64,000 bases of DNA from IMG/VR virus record IMGVR_UViG_3300007513_000001, positions 1 to 64,000 of that record; one strand, 5' to 3'. Below, piece after piece: positions 61,765 to 64,000 of this stretch. A model generated the notes under the pieces. It had not been told where the DNA came from and did no database searches. It saw nothing but the letters and a program-made list of their open reading frames with translations. Positions within the stretch are counted from its first letter, which is position 1, and each line of letters starts with the position of its first letter. The position numbers were made by a program, and so were the translations under genes.

Positions 61765-63384
61765 ATGAAAACTGAACAATTAAAAAAGTATTTTCCTCAT
61801 CCAGAAGTTAGAGAATCTCAGCAGCAAGCGATTGATTTTGCTATTTCTTCATTTGCCGCTGGAAAGAAATATGTTATACTCGAAGCTGGAACAGGAGTGG
61901 GCAAGAGTGCAATCGGAATTGCGATTGCAAGATACTTAGCCAATGAAGTTGCTGTTGAAGATTCTTATAAGTGCGGCGGGCTATTTTTAACCACTCAAAA
62001 AATTCTGCAAGATCAATACATTAAAGACTATTCTGCAGCCAAGGGCTTGATGGAGACAATTAAGTCATCTGCAAATTATTCATGCCGTCACCTCCGCGGG
62101 AGTTCGTGTGCAGAAGGTTTGAGAGCACTTAAGGCTGCTGATAAAAAATCTCAGTTTTTTAAAACTTGTGCTTTCCGGTGCACATATAAAAAAGCAAAAG
62201 AAAAATTTGTTGGAAGCAGTTATGGAATTACTAATTTTTCTTATTTTTTAGCAGAGACTCAATATGTCGGAAAAATTAAACCGCACCAACTCTTAGTTGT
62301 CGATGAAGCTCATAATTCAGAATTAGAATTAAGTAAATTTATTGAAATTGGAATCTCTAAAAGATTTTGTGTTAGAGTGCTTAAGCTTACAATGCCAGAT
62401 TTTTCTAGCCAAAAACAAGCTATAAACTGGGTAGAGCAAGTTTATGAACCAAGGTTGTCTTCGCACGTAAAGCATATCGAAAATATGCTAGAGAAATATG
62501 TTGGATTAAAAGAAAAGATTAAAGAATTTGCTAATATAGCTAATAAATTTGAGATGTTAGATAAACATGCATGCAAACTTAGAAGATTTCTATCTCACTA
62601 CTCTGAAGAAAATTGGGTCTTTAATTACGAAAAAGAGGGAGACAGCGCAAGACTAGAGTTTAAACCTGTGGATATATCTAAGTTTGCTCAAGAATATCTT
62701 CTCAAATATGGCAAACAAGTTTTGATGATGTCTGCAACAATATTAAATAAAGATGCATTCTGCGAGCTGATGGGGATAAAAAAAGAAGAAGCTGCTTTTA
62801 TTTCTATTCCATCTCCATTCCCAAAAGACAATCGCCCTATTATAGTCAGCCCTATTGGAAAAATGAGTTCGTCTTCTATTGATCAAACTCTGCCAAAGTT
62901 GGCCATTGCTATCAAAGAAATTATTGATAACCATGAAGATGAAAAGGGGATTATTCATTGCCACTCTTACAAAATAGCAAATTATTTGAAAAAAAATATT
63001 AAATCTAACAGGTTTTTAATTCACGATTCTTCAAATAGGGATATGATTCTTGAAAAACATATGAAATCAAAAAAACCAACCATACTACTAAGCCCATCTA
63101 TGACGGAAGGAGTAGATTTAAAAGGCGATATGAGTAGATTCCAAATTTTGTGTAAGGTGCCTTATCCGTATCTTGGAGATAAGCTAATCAAAAAGAAAAT
63201 GAATAAATGGAATTGGTGGTATCCAATGCAAACAGCTAAGACTATAGTTCAATCTGTTGGTAGAAGCATAAGAAATAAAGAAGATTATGCCGCAACTTAT
63301 ATCTTAGATTCGGATTGGAATTATTTTTATAAAAGAAATTCTGCATACTTACCTACAGATTTTTCTTCTTGCATTCTTCAATAG
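61765..63384 (+). CDS. DinG/XPD-family SF2 helicase
   Basis: AGTGVGKS; four Cys (Fe-S-like); VDEAH; EGVD...KVPYP; QSVGR. Confidence 0.88.
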   Translation: MKTEQLKKYFPHPEVRESQQQAIDFAISSFAAGKKYVILEAGTGVGKSAIGIAIARYLANEVAVEDSYKCGGLFLTTQKILQDQYIKDYSAAKGLMETIKSSANYSCRHLRGSSCAEGLRALKAADKKSQFFKTCAFRCTYKKAKEKFVGSSYGITNFSYFLAETQYVGKIKPHQLLVVDEAHNSELELSKFIEIGISKRFCVRVLKLTMPDFSSQKQAINWVEQVYEPRLSSHVKHIENMLEKYVGLKEKIKEFANIANKFEMLDKHACKLRRFLSHYSEENWVFNYEKEGDSARLEFKPVDISKFAQEYLLKYGKQVLMMSATILNKDAFCELMGIKKEEAAFISIPSPFPKDNRPIIVSPIGKMSSSSIDQTLPKLAIAIKEIIDNHEDEKGIIHCHSYKIANYLKKNIKSNRFLIHDSSNRDMILEKHMKSKKPTILLSPSMTEGVDLKGDMSRFQILCKVPYPYLGDKLIKKKMNKWNWWYPMQTAKTIVQSVGRSIRNKEDYAATYILDSDWNYFYKRNSAYLPTDFSSCILQ

Positions 63385-63393
63385 GACATAACG

Positions 63394-63930
63394 ATGCCAG
63401 GCTTAGTTTACAAAAATATACACGAGCTCAAGAAAGAGTTAGATAACTGGGGATATTCTATCTTTACAATATCTGGTGGTTTTGATCCTATTCACGTGGG
63501 TCATATTAGATATATAACTTCCGCAGCAGAGGCTGCTCAAGTAGGATCTCCCGATACTGGTTTCTGGAACCCGGGGGTGTTGGTGGTTATTGTTAATAGC
63601 GATGGTTTTCTAAAGAGAAAGAAAGGATATTCGTTTATGCCCTTAGAAGAAAGAATGGAAATAATCTCCTCTATTGAAGGCGTCGATTTTGTTACTTGCT
63701 GGGATGATGGCACTCAAACAGTAATAGGCGCATTAGAAATACTGAAACCTCAATTCTTTTTAAAGGGCGGCGACAGATGCGATCCAGAGAGTGTACCAGA
63801 ATTCTCGACATGCGATAAAATTGGTTGCGAAGTGCTTTTTGACATAGGGGGAAAAGAAAAGGTTCAAAGCTCTTCAGAGCTGGTGCGGCAATATGAAAAC
63901 ATTAGACTCAAAAAAGATAAAAAGAAATAA
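63394..63930 (+). CDS. cytidylyltransferase-like (RfaE/TagD-type HxGH)
   Basis: SGGFDPIHVGH; ERMEII; LKP...KGGD; QSSS. Confidence 0.85.
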   Translation: MPGLVYKNIHELKKELDNWGYSIFTISGGFDPIHVGHIRYITSAAEAAQVGSPDTGFWNPGVLVVIVNSDGFLKRKKGYSFMPLEERMEIISSIEGVDFVTCWDDGTQTVIGALEILKPQFFLKGGDRCDPESVPEFSTCDKIGCEVLFDIGGKEKVQSSSELVRQYENIRLKKDKKK

Positions 63931-64000
63931 AAAAACGACTGATATTCTAAGAGAATATATTAGATTCATACAAGAAGATGTAGGAGGAATCGACTCTGTT

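Noticed and set aside
1-64000. Stop-codon reassignment
   Set aside because: Known genes are intact in code 11, TAA, TAG and TGA all end genes, and there is no suppressor tRNA.
1-64000. Eukaryotic giant virus origin, suggested by SET and metabolic genes
   Set aside because: Shine-Dalgarno sites, translational coupling, TATAAT promoters, lipoboxes and phage tail-fibre repeats indicate a bacteriophage.

Overview
This window is a 64 kb fragment of a large dsDNA bacteriophage: dense, mostly + strand genes, Shine-Dalgarno sites, overlapping start/stop codons and four tRNAs. A MYXO-CTERM-like protein, DTG-rich lipoproteins and GC-rich early genes suggest a high-GC Myxococcota-type host (inference). 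Recognisable genes include cysteine synthase, IMPDH, a sulfotransferase, a MazG-like pyrophosphatase, Hsp20, a Smr domain, two SAM methyltransferases, two GIY-YIG nucleases, a bL12-CTD-like protein, a fatty-acid hydroxylase, a MoxR AAA+/VWA pair, a SET-domain protein, a trypsin-like protease, tail-fibre and propeller proteins, a DinG-like helicase and a cytidylyltransferase. Four higher-order patterns stand out. (1) About 23 unrelated acidic proteins share an N-terminal MKITKRQLRRIIKE leader, and a second set shares MNLLREYIRELLxE and carries ADP-ribosyltransferase and GNAT domains; I propose these are capsid-targeting, protease-cleaved signals for an injected effector cargo. (2) About 45-50 SH3/KOW-like miniproteins (MKVGDLV...EVINESR) are chained by a dual-coding junction repeat, with an exact 14-nt overlap at 22 junctions. 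(3) A structured non-coding segment of about 435 nt lies between tRNA-Leu and tRNA-Lys. (4) There are two promoter classes: TGTAAA-N18-TATAAT and a candidate late ATANTTA. All functional calls come from motif recognition by eye; no database searches were run.
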